Shown: positions 30,555 to 38,886 of the stretch, piece by piece
How the letters are laid out: every line of letters starts with the position of its first letter
Position numbering within the stretch: position 1 is the stretch's first letter
Origin: a virus
Taxonomy: Duplodnaviria > Caudoviricetes
Length of the DNA stretch: 64,000 bases
Reading direction: 5' to 3' (one strand)
Virus record (IMG/VR): IMGVR_UViG_3300048591_000242
Location: 32,001 to 96,000 of that record
Program-made: the position numbers and the translations under genes
Notes under the pieces: model-generated
Told to the model about the DNA's origin: nothing
Seen by the model: the letters and a program-made list of their open reading frames with translations, nothing else
The model's database searches: none

Positions 30555-30869
30555 TGAATGTGAGCGCCCTCTAGTCGTGAGGCTAGTTGAATAATTCTTC
30601 CTAAAACGGGAAACTCTCATAGGAGACAATCCGTTGCTAAATTTATGTAAGATAGATATTTACATAATAAATGCCCAGAGGCCATCGAAAGCACCTACGG
30701 ATTAAAATAGGTGATGAGTAGAGTAGGCTCCAAGTGGAGTCGAAACGGAAGAGAGTCTTTAAGGATAAAGACTGTGATATGGTCCAACTCTATAGTGATA
30801 TAGAGCAGCTACTATTTACCTAGAATAGTGGCGGGGTTGTGCTAACGACACAATTTGAAAGTCCGATTG
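30555..30869 (+). ncRNA. Group I self-splicing intron in thyA, 315 nt, no homing endonuclease ORF
   Basis: Splits YQR|SAD; exon 1 ends in U and the intron ends in G; IGS GCGC pairs with exon GCGU; P3 UUCUUCC/GGAAGAG, P4 AACGGG/UCCGUU, P7 GGCCA/UGGUC, GNRA-capped P2 and P9. Confidence 0.9.
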
Positions 30870-31184
30870 TCAGCGGACACAGTTTTAGGCATACCTTTTA
30901 ATATAGCCTCCTATGCTACTTTTATGCAAATCTTCTGTCGTATTACCGGACATGCTCCTGGTAAGTTTCACTATGTTACTGGCGATACCCACATTTACGG
31001 TAATCACACCGAAGCGGTAAAGGAACAGTTAGCTCGTATGCCCTATGAGAATAGGGTTGAGCTAAAGATAGCTGAGCACTTAGTATCCCTGGAAGACTTT
31101 GAAAGAGCTACACCAGATGACTTTGAGTTGGTTAATTATATTTCTCATGGTAAGCTGCAAAACGAAACAGTAATGGTTATTTAA
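30870..31184 (+). CDS. thyA: Thymidylate synthase, exon 2 (spliced product 380 aa)
   Basis: SADTVLGIPFNIASY and GDTHIYGNH motifs. Confidence 0.92.
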   Translation, partial: SADTVLGIPFNIASYATFMQIFCRITGHAPGKFHYVTGDTHIYGNHTEAVKEQLARMPYENRVELKIAEHLVSLEDFERATPDDFELVNYISHGKLQNETVMVI

Positions 31185-31228
31185 TAAACAGCTTTGGCAA
31201 CTTACATCTATCCCTATGTACCGTATAT

Positions 31229-31266
31229 GGGTGTGAGTTGTCAAAGACTCACCCTTTTTTTATTTT
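31229..31266 (+). terminator. Intrinsic terminator after thyA
   Basis: GGGTGTGAGT...ACTCACCC followed by a T-tract. Confidence 0.6.
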
Positions 31267-31321
31267 TTAATAAATCAGTAAGCTACCAGTATCACTATTA
31301 AAATATTTAGGAGAATGTATT

Positions 31322-31858
31322 TTGAATTTTTCAATTATAGCTGCTTTAGCCTCGGAAAACGTAATAGGCATGGACGGTGGTATGCCTTGGTTTCTTCCGG
31401 GTGACCTTAGATATTTTAAGGAGACTACTAGTAATAGCATTGTGATTATGGGTAGAAAGACATTTGAGTCTATAGGTAAGCCCTTACCTAACAGAAAGAA
31501 CATCATTGTATCTAGAAAGCTACATAAAGGAGACTTAGGGGAAGGTGTAATTATAGCCGATTCCTTACAATCTGCTTTAGTAGAGGCTTCCACTGTATTA
31601 CGCAATACAGAGAATGGATATAAAGATGAGGTCTTTATAATGGGAGGTGGTGAAATCTATAACCAAGCCATTACACTGCCTACGGTAACCAAGCTATACA
31701 TTACTATGGTAGATGCTGTGGTGGACGGAGATACATTTTTCCCAACTATTACCAGTGAGTGGGCCATGGATATGGATTCTATAGTTAAGCCAGATAAGTT
31801 AGAGAGAGACTCTCATGACTATCTGTTCTTAACCTATAATCGCAAGGAGCATAAATAA
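31322..31858 (+). CDS. folA: Dihydrofolate reductase
   Basis: VIG.DG.MPW.LP.DL.YFKETT, IMGRKTFESIGKPLPNRKNI, FIMGGGEIY, GDTFFP. Confidence 0.95.
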   Translation: MNFSIIAALASENVIGMDGGMPWFLPGDLRYFKETTSNSIVIMGRKTFESIGKPLPNRKNIIVSRKLHKGDLGEGVIIADSLQSALVEASTVLRNTENGYKDEVFIMGGGEIYNQAITLPTVTKLYITMVDAVVDGDTFFPTITSEWAMDMDSIVKPDKLERDSHDYLFLTYNRKEHK

Positions 31859-31901
31859 TACGTTTAACGTAATTTTGTTTTTGATTTAAAGAGGGAGTAA
31901 C

Positions 31902-33278
31902 ATGACTAACCGTGACATTTTAAAGGGAATAAGCCCTGTAGTTGTAAAGGCCATGAAAGATGTACAGCCGCGTATGATGTTAAAGGCATCCACTGTACCA
32001 GATTCACGTGCCATTATCGCTACATTAATGTATGATGCCGAGGGTATGGTTCAGGTGTTAACACCTAAAGGCTATATGCTTGACATAGAGGCGATAGAAG
32101 AGAGTACTGGTAGGAAACTACGGGCGGTGTCGAGGAGTGAAGTGGAGAGAATTTTAGGGTCGCATGGAATATCTACTATACCGGGTATCCCTGGTGTTTT
32201 TGGTATCACTACATTAGTGGATTTTCAGGTAGCAGCTATGCGCATAGTCTGTGTAGAGTCTGGTTACACTGGAAAGATGATTGGTTTTGATGGACATAAG
32301 TATCTACGGTTAATTGAGAACCTAACCGAAGGTGGTTACTCTATGCCCTTAGATGAAATAGAGCCTATAAATCCAAGGGGTGCATCCGATGAAATAAACG
32401 ATGCGGTGTCTCGTTTGACGGGTAATCAGGTTAAGGCTACGTTAGAAGATACTTTGGATATACCACCGCTACCTGAGTCGGCTAGAAAGCTACTTAAGCT
32501 TAGTTCTGACCCAGAGGCAGGTGTAGTAGATTTGTGCTCTATTGTAGAGTTAGATCCTAGTCTATCTGCGCAGTTAATTAGCTGGGCATCGTCCTCTTTC
32601 TATTCGGCTCCAGGTAAAGTAAAGTCACTACAGGACGCTATCTCTAGGGTATTGGGCTATGACATAGCTATGAACCTGTCTATAGGCTTGTCCATGGAAA
32701 AGGTACTGAATGTACCGGAAGAGCATCCAGATAACAAATCACCATACTGGCACCAGGCTATTTGGACAGCCGCTGCTATGTCGGTAGTAGTTAAGCTAAT
32801 ACCACCAGCACATAGACCTAGCCCAGGTATGGCTTATTTAGCTGGACTATTGCATAACTTCGGTAGTCTCATAATGGCACATGTATTTCCGAACCAATAC
32901 TCCATGGTTTGTAGATTAATAGAAGCTAACCCTCACATAGAGCACTCTGTGCTAGAAGGATATATTCTAGATCTAACCAGAGAGCAATTGGGTAGTACTT
33001 TGTTGGAGATCTGGGCTATGCCTGAGGACATAACTAATGCGATACGTTATCAGAGATGCCCCAATCAATTAACTGCCGGTAATGCCATGGCTAAGTTACT
33101 ATACGTAACCAAGGCTGTTTTACATGAATATGGCGCAGTTGTGGATACGCACGTAACCATACCTGAGTCTTATTATGAAGACCTCAGACTAGATCCAATG
33201 TCGGTACAGGAAGCCATTGAAAATATGGTTGAGTCTGGGGAAGAAATAAAGAATATGATTGAGGCCATGTCACAATAA
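31902..33278 (+). CDS. YbaK/aminoacyl-tRNA-deacylase-like + HDOD domain protein (SadB-like architecture, 458 aa)
   Basis: HDOD motifs IPPLP, DPSLSAQLISWASS.FY..PG, AYLAGLLHNFG, LLEIWAMP; N-terminal ~150 aa resembles a degenerate YbaK fold. Confidence 0.8.
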   Translation: MTNRDILKGISPVVVKAMKDVQPRMMLKASTVPDSRAIIATLMYDAEGMVQVLTPKGYMLDIEAIEESTGRKLRAVSRSEVERILGSHGISTIPGIPGVFGITTLVDFQVAAMRIVCVESGYTGKMIGFDGHKYLRLIENLTEGGYSMPLDEIEPINPRGASDEINDAVSRLTGNQVKATLEDTLDIPPLPESARKLLKLSSDPEAGVVDLCSIVELDPSLSAQLISWASSSFYSAPGKVKSLQDAISRVLGYDIAMNLSIGLSMEKVLNVPEEHPDNKSPYWHQAIWTAAAMSVVVKLIPPAHRPSPGMAYLAGLLHNFGSLIMAHVFPNQYSMVCRLIEANPHIEHSVLEGYILDLTREQLGSTLLEIWAMPEDITNAIRYQRCPNQLTAGNAMAKLLYVTKAVLHEYGAVVDTHVTIPESYYEDLRLDPMSVQEAIENMVESGEEIKNMIEAMSQ

Positions 33279-33340
33279 GAACGTGTGCAGGGGCTTTATG
33301 TCCCTGCATCAAACAACCACAACTATAAGGAATACCTGTA

Positions 33341-34030
33341 ATGTTAGAATTAAGACCACTACAAAGCCAAGAGGAGCTAGATATAGCCCTTTCTGAGAAT
33401 AGGGTACACCTAGTATGGACTAACGTTTATATAGCCGGAGAGAGGCACTGTGTGGTCTCTGTGGACGACCACTACCATAGCAGCGGCGGTGGGTTTGGAG
33501 ATAATAAATATTACGCATACCCTGCAAACGTAGACGGGGCTAGAACAGACTTTAACGAGTACTGTGAATTTGGTGGACATGTCCTATGTTGGGGTATAAA
33601 AACAGAGATGATAAATACCCACAAAACTAAGTGGGGCAGTACTAGAATAGACAGGCGTTATGAAACATACATTACATTAAATGGCGAAGAGTTTTTGCTA
33701 GTTAGTGGTAGTATGGAATATGCCTTACCTAAGGCGCAACAACTTATAATTGAGTTGTCTGAGGGTATTATAGACTTTACTAAGGTTAATTGGAAGACCG
33801 ACCTAATAGGCATGAAGGTCTACTACAGGGATCAACCTGCTATTATTACAGCAGTGGGTAGTGATCTGAATTTAACCATGGCACCAGACGGTATAAATCA
33901 ATTTAATATGCCTGCCTGGATGGCAGAGGAGTCAGATAACGACGACGGTATGGATGTAAGTGATTGGGATGGTAGTGAGGCCGTAGTTAGTTACTTTAGT
34001 GACAACATTACCTGGTTTAGAAATAAATAA
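33341..34030 (+). CDS. Hypothetical phage protein (229 aa)
   Basis: Full ORF with AAGGA RBS. Confidence 0.6.
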   Translation: MLELRPLQSQEELDIALSENRVHLVWTNVYIAGERHCVVSVDDHYHSSGGGFGDNKYYAYPANVDGARTDFNEYCEFGGHVLCWGIKTEMINTHKTKWGSTRIDRRYETYITLNGEEFLLVSGSMEYALPKAQQLIIELSEGIIDFTKVNWKTDLIGMKVYYRDQPAIITAVGSDLNLTMAPDGINQFNMPAWMAEESDNDDGMDVSDWDGSEAVVSYFSDNITWFRNK

Positions 34031-34087
34031 CCTGGGTGTGGGGTAACTACCCCATAGCTCTATAAATAGGCGTTGGGGTGGTTAGAT

Positions 34088-34468
34088 ATGAAATATGCAT
34101 TAATAGTGGTGATAGTTTTAGCTGCTTTATCTGGTGGTTTAAATAAATATCTTTATGATGAGATTGCTAGGCTAAATGCTAATGTAGCTGAAGTAAAACA
34201 GGCTAACAAAATCTATACAGTACAAATAGCTGAGCTAAAGGCTGCTGTGGCTTCAGAGAACGAGAAGTTTAACACTCTGTATGTAAAGCAGTTAAAGATG
34301 GGGGTAGACTTAGAAAACACAAAGTCTAAACTAGCTGAGTACAAGCATAGAGAAACGGTAGTACTTAGAAAACCAGGTTTAGTGCAAATAAAAGCTAATA
34401 AAGCTACCAAACAACTGTTTAATGAAATTAGCTGCGTTACTGGGGATTGTCCTAAGGAGGAGAAATGA
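34088..34468 (+). CDS. Putative i-spanin (Rz-like)
   Basis: N-terminal TM helix, long coiled coil, C-terminal Cys pair; ATGA overlap with a lipoprotein gene. Confidence 0.7.
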   Translation: MKYALIVVIVLAALSGGLNKYLYDEIARLNANVAEVKQANKIYTVQIAELKAAVASENEKFNTLYVKQLKMGVDLENTKSKLAEYKHRETVVLRKPGLVQIKANKATKQLFNEISCVTGDCPKEEK

Positions 34469-34815
34469 AAATTCTATTAATAATGTCAATATTGTTTTTG
34501 ACAGCTTGCTCCTCTATGAAAGTACAGCCACCCATTGTAGTAGCAGAAACTATAGAGGTAGAAAAATACCACCCTCCGTTTCCTAAACCTATGGTTACAG
34601 CAGACATAGAGTTTGTGGTACTTACTTCTGATACTGTTCAGAAACTACGACCCGATTATGTTTATATGGGTCTTAGCTGGGAAGACTATTTAACATTCGC
34701 CAGATACATGCAGGATATAAAACACAAGCTATCTGAATACGTAAACCTGGTTTGTTATTATCGAGATCCAGGTGATGATGAATTATGTGTTAAGTCTTCA
34801 GAGACATTACCCTAA
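34465..34815 (+). CDS. Putative o-spanin lipoprotein (Rz1-like)
   Basis: Signal peptide with lipobox LTAC; Pro-rich stretch, then helical region with Cys residues. Confidence 0.7.
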   Translation: MKILLIMSILFLTACSSMKVQPPIVVAETIEVEKYHPPFPKPMVTADIEFVVLTSDTVQKLRPDYVYMGLSWEDYLTFARYMQDIKHKLSEYVNLVCYYRDPGDDELCVKSSETLP

Positions 34816-34823
34816 CAGTTGCC

Positions 34824-34862
34824 CTACAGACATCCTTAACGGGGTGTCTGTAGCGTATGCTG
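34824..34862 (+). terminator. Hairpin + TATGCTG element after the spanin pair
   Basis: CTACAGACATCCT-TAAC-GGGGTGTCTGTAG-CG-TATGCTG, then a T-rich run. Confidence 0.6.
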
Positions 34863-34873
34863 TATTTTTAAAA

Positions 34874-34883
34874 TATATATTAC
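34874..34883 (+). promoter_or_regulatory. Early promoter motif TATATATTAC
   Basis: Same AAATATATATTACC context as 28211-28224; intergenic. Confidence 0.7.
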
Positions 34884-34913
34884 CATAACAGACAAGACTT
34901 GTAGGAGAGTGTT

Positions 34914-35312
34914 ATGGTAGCAAATATAGGTATAAACGTACACATAGGTAAGTTCAAAAAGGCTATAGCAGATAAGGTATTAGATTATAAAGACGCTATT
35001 TATTTAGGCTTTATAGATATTCTAGTATGTACATACTCTGAAGAATCCATGAAAGAAATACCAGTATATCCCTTGGATAGAAGTCATAGTCCGTTAGCTG
35101 TTTTACTGGACATTGAGTTAGAGGCATTAAACGCAGGTATGGCCCCTAGAATGGCTAAGAACGTAAGTTCTCTATTTAGGCTATTTATGGACTCCTGTAC
35201 CGAGTCTCCTCCTAGGACAGTGAGTTATAGTTGTACTAGAGGCAGCGACGGTACATTACTTATTTATACCAAACTAAATGGAATCTACGTTTCTTTTAAA
35301 TTCTCATATTAA
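34914..35312 (+). CDS. Hypothetical protein (132 aa)
   Basis: AGGAG RBS; downstream of an early promoter. Confidence 0.65.
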   Translation: MVANIGINVHIGKFKKAIADKVLDYKDAIYLGFIDILVCTYSEESMKEIPVYPLDRSHSPLAVLLDIELEALNAGMAPRMAKNVSSLFRLFMDSCTESPPRTVSYSCTRGSDGTLLIYTKLNGIYVSFKFSY

Positions 35313-35328
35313 CCACAGGGGTATTTGT

Positions 35329-35721
35329 ATGTCTAGGGCGGTGCTTAAGGTAATTATGCGTGAACTAAAGGAGAACATCATAAAAGGAGAAGAGGCAAAG
35401 GAAAAGGAATATCTTTTAAATGAAATAGATCTGTGGCTTTCCACTATAACTGAAGATAACCTTAACAAAGAATTAAATAGTAAGGTTCGTTATATAAAGG
35501 ATATATCCAACCTTACCACCACCATAAAAACCGAATTTGAATCTGTCGATATAGACAAGGATGTGGCTGATAAAGCTTCCTGGTATGTAGATCAGTTATT
35601 AACCTTAATGCTATTGCATGCGGACGTTATCGGCTACAGCATAGTCAGTAGTATCAGATATAAGTCGGTTACGTTACGTATACTTACCGATAAATTCGTT
35701 GTAGTGCTTAGGTTTATCTAG
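35329..35721 (+). CDS. Hypothetical protein (130 aa)
   Basis: ATG 35329 behind AGGGG; helical. Confidence 0.6.
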   Translation: MSRAVLKVIMRELKENIIKGEEAKEKEYLLNEIDLWLSTITEDNLNKELNSKVRYIKDISNLTTTIKTEFESVDIDKDVADKASWYVDQLLTLMLLHADVIGYSIVSSIRYKSVTLRILTDKFVVVLRFI

Positions 35722-35791
35722 TATGAGGGAAGGGTCAAAAATAACAAACTTTGGTTATAGTTTGCTACATTAATCGTTAAGAGGAGGTTAA

Positions 35792-36028
35792 GTGAAATCA
35801 CTAATCGGGTTCTCTAAAAAGATATTGTCCAATCATGTATGGACAGTTTTTTTAATATCTTTAGTTTTATTTATCTACAGCGCTATCACTACGATAGCGG
35901 CGGTAACTATGTACTCTAAACTGGATGCACTTAGCTTAGAGAAGGAGAACATAGTCTCTTTAAAAGAGGAATTAGAGGTATGTTACAACAACGAATACAG
36001 TAAACTTCTAACCACATTAAAAGAATAA
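35792..36028 (+). CDS. Small membrane protein, possible second i-spanin (78 aa)
   Basis: GAGGAGG RBS; one TM helix followed by a short coiled coil. Confidence 0.5.
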   Translation: MKSLIGFSKKILSNHVWTVFLISLVLFIYSAITTIAAVTMYSKLDALSLEKENIVSLKEELEVCYNNEYSKLLTTLKE

Positions 36029-36043
36029 ACGGGTATAGTAATC

Positions 36044-36442
36044 GTGAAAAAAACAATACTAGCTGCTTTACTGGTAACTACAACTACCAGTTGCAGCGTC
36101 ATAAGGGTAGAGCCAGAGCCCTTACTTAGTCCACAGCCAATAAATATCTCAATAACCTTACAGATCGAAGAGGCAGATCGTCCGGTAGTTCAAGCAGCAT
36201 CAGATCCACCAGCAGTAATGGAAAAGATAGTAACCAAAATAGAGTATGTATCTAAACCGGTGTGTACACACCTTAAAGATATATACTCCCTAGAGCCATT
36301 TACATTAGAAGAAATCTCTTTAAATGGTGAAGCGGATAGATTGCGTTATCTTAAGTTACTTATAGATAGGGTAAATCTAGTGGATGGTATTATTGCAGGG
36401 GCTAATAACAATGTCGAGTGCAGAAAGCAGTTACAAAAATAA
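36044..36442 (+). CDS. Putative lipoprotein, possible second o-spanin (132 aa)
   Basis: MKK + hydrophobic stretch + TTSC lipobox-like site; Pro-rich region; C-terminal Cys. Confidence 0.5.
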   Translation: MKKTILAALLVTTTTSCSVIRVEPEPLLSPQPINISITLQIEEADRPVVQAASDPPAVMEKIVTKIEYVSKPVCTHLKDIYSLEPFTLEEISLNGEADRLRYLKLLIDRVNLVDGIIAGANNNVECRKQLQK

Positions 36443-38294
36443 AATAATAGTAATGGACTGGATTAATGGCACGGTTACGGAGTATGCCGATTTAGAAGAA
36501 GCTTCTAAAGGGACTGGGTTATCCCTAGAGGAAGTTAAAAATGCTTCTAGTAGAAACAAAGCTATTATTTATAGGGATTTGGTTATCTACAAGGAGGGTA
36601 CTGCCCATAGTAGAACCAATATAATTAAAGCGACTGCTAAGTTAAAGGAGCTTCCTATAGAAAGATCTTTGGTCTATCAGCAGGAAGGTTCCAGTAAGTG
36701 GTATATAAAACCACTTAAAGACATAGCTAGATGTGTAGAGGTAGATCCTACACAACTAATGAAGAAAGTAAAAGAGGTTTCCCCTAAACCGCTATCTGGC
36801 AAATATATACGGGAAATTTGGGAAGTCGACTTAACTGAAACAGAGGCTATATTAGTGGGTAAATGTGATCACGGTGGGATGGATTTATCGGAAAAAGATT
36901 CGGTGTTTCAGAATACCCTAAACAATACTCCTTTACCGGGAGAAGTAGCTTCTGAAATTACTTTCTATGTAGACGGTTCTACCGCCCCTACTAACCCTGG
37001 CCCATCAGCATTTGGGATATGGGGAGAGGATAGCAATGGCAACTTCTACAATAGTTGGGGATATGTAGGGGACATGGAGACTAATAACCGAGCAGAGATG
37101 TTTGGCTATATACGTCTACTCGAATCCGTGCTACATTACGGATGGAAAAAGGTAACTGCATTTTTTGATAGTAAGTATGTATTAGATAATGCTACTCGTA
37201 GTTTACCTAGATGGAAGAACAACGGTTGGAAGAAGGCAGATGGTGATATTATTTCCAATCGGGAGCAGTGGGAGAGAATAGCCACATTACAAGAAGCAGT
37301 TAAAGCCATGGGCATAACTGTAACTCATCGCTGGGTAAAAGGACATAGTGGTGATCCAGGTAATGAAGCTGCCGATGTAAATGCTAATAAGGGTAGAATG
37401 GCTGGCTTAGCAGGTAATACCGACCCTGTGTTTCTTATAGAAGAAGCTAAAGTAGGAGAAGAAGAAACCTCTAAGATTAAGAAAGTTAAGATACCGCCTT
37501 GCAATAAACTTATTAATGGTAAGCGACTTATCTTTACTACCAAGACACCGCCTTGTACCGCAGATGGCAGATTCATATACCTTGTAAACTCATTTGAGGG
37601 AGGTGTAGAAAAGACCGGTAGATTTATAGGTAAGCCTGCCAGCGATAACATGTATGGCGTAGTACTTACTAAGGAACCTATCCCACAGCTACAAGCTATT
37701 ATTTCTTATCAGAACAAAATTACTCCTGGAGACTTTGTACAACCAGTAGTAGGTATTCTAGATAGAATAGTAAGACCAGCTAACTGGGAGATGCTTACTA
37801 CTTATGGCAATACCCATTTATGTCATAACCGATTAAACATAACCACCGTAGATAAGGAGCCACTTACTCTATATCAAAGACCCGCTAGATTAGCCTATGA
37901 TGCTATAAACATTCTATCAGTTATGCTAGATAGATTAGAGCGATTTATGTCTAACGTCAAATATCAGTCTGAGGATTACGTAGATATAACCGATAGCATA
38001 TATACCGTTAGCGGTAAGAAGATATCTTTACTAAATACCATAGGTAGTGGATCTAAGTCTATAAACATAGATCTAGACTATCGCGGTAAGAAGTTAACTT
38101 TAGCGTTATCTTTGGGTATAGATTTACCTGATAGAAATAGCTTAAGTGGTATAGCTAAACAGAATAAGGAAATTACTGTAAGCTTACTTAGATATGACTC
38201 TGGCGCTGCCGGTTTCAGATATGCAGTGGCATTTAAAACAGAAAACGATTACGCTCTATATAGTACGTCAATGGCTAACATCAAGGCAGTATAA
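36411..38294 (+). CDS. rnhA: Ribonuclease HI with N- and C-terminal extensions (phiKZ gp155-like)
   Basis: YVDGS, TNNRAE, FDSKYV, W..NGW, WVKGHSG..GNE.AD catalytic motifs; start uncertain (36384, 36411 or 36453). Confidence 0.85.
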   Translation: MSSAESSYKNKIIVMDWINGTVTEYADLEEASKGTGLSLEEVKNASSRNKAIIYRDLVIYKEGTAHSRTNIIKATAKLKELPIERSLVYQQEGSSKWYIKPLKDIARCVEVDPTQLMKKVKEVSPKPLSGKYIREIWEVDLTETEAILVGKCDHGGMDLSEKDSVFQNTLNNTPLPGEVASEITFYVDGSTAPTNPGPSAFGIWGEDSNGNFYNSWGYVGDMETNNRAEMFGYIRLLESVLHYGWKKVTAFFDSKYVLDNATRSLPRWKNNGWKKADGDIISNREQWERIATLQEAVKAMGITVTHRWVKGHSGDPGNEAADVNANKGRMAGLAGNTDPVFLIEEAKVGEEETSKIKKVKIPPCNKLINGKRLIFTTKTPPCTADGRFIYLVNSFEGGVEKTGRFIGKPASDNMYGVVLTKEPIPQLQAIISYQNKITPGDFVQPVVGILDRIVRPANWEMLTTYGNTHLCHNRLNITTVDKEPLTLYQRPARLAYDAINILSVMLDRLERFMSNVKYQSEDYVDITDSIYTVSGKKISLLNTIGSGSKSINIDLDYRGKKLTLALSLGIDLPDRNSLSGIAKQNKEITVSLLRYDSGAAGFRYAVAFKTENDYALYSTSMANIKAV

Positions 38295-38302
38295 AAGCCT
38301 TG

Positions 38303-38342
38303 TATACACCGTGTCAAAAGACACGGTGTATAGTTTATGCTG
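38303..38342 (+). terminator. Hairpin + TATGCTG element after RNase H
   Basis: TATACACCGTGTC-AAAA-GACACGGTGTATA-GTT-TATGCTG. Confidence 0.6.
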
Positions 38343-38384
38343 CAATAGTGTGTCAGGGGGTTAATTCGATAGGAGCATAACAAG

Positions 38385-38828
38385 ATGGTACTGACTAAAA
38401 AAGAAGCTATAGACAGGCTTTCCAATAAAAATAATTTTACCGTATCCGTATTAGCAGACACACCCTACGGATCTAAAATAATTTGTCCGATTACAAGTGG
38501 TATATTGGTTAAAGCCAATATACAGCACGATGAAAATCTAATAGTAGGCTCCGTAGTGCAAGTCCCTACCGGTATAGTACTTATTCCTAATACTGGTAAT
38601 ATACGTGACCTAGAGACTCTTAGCTTGGTTATGGATTATACTAAGGCAGATGTAATAAGAAACTGTGGGATAAAATCCAGGGCTGCTCATCTCAGTAACA
38701 CAGGTGAGATAATTGTAACTGTGGAGTTCGTAGGAGAGTTTGCTGCTACTCTAAAATACGGTACCTCTTTAGGTAGGTGCCTGGTTACTGATACGGTTAG
38801 GTATATACCGGAGATGAATGTTGGATAG
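38385..38828 (+). CDS. dUTPase-like fold protein, catalytic motifs degenerate (147 aa)
   Basis: V.VPTGI, GEI.V and terminal G..L...L segments resemble trimeric dUTPase; RSG and G.ID.DY.G motifs absent. Confidence 0.4.
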   Translation: MVLTKKEAIDRLSNKNNFTVSVLADTPYGSKIICPITSGILVKANIQHDENLIVGSVVQVPTGIVLIPNTGNIRDLETLSLVMDYTKADVIRNCGIKSRAAHLSNTGEIIVTVEFVGEFAATLKYGTSLGRCLVTDTVRYIPEMNVG

Positions 38829-38831
38829 AAT

Positions 38832-38875
38832 GCATATGTACACTGGTATCCCACTAGGGATACCAGTGTATGCTG
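38832..38875. terminator. Bidirectional hairpin between convergent genes, flanked by GCATA/TATGC
   Basis: GCATA-TGTA-CACTGGTATCCC-ACTA-GGGATACCAGTG-TATGCTG. Confidence 0.6.
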
Positions 38876-38886
38876 TATTTCTTTTT

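Noticed and set aside
30855-31184. Separate 109-aa gene, or thyA frameshift/pseudogene
   Set aside because: Explained as exon 2 of thyA after a canonical group I intron; the true exon starts at 30870
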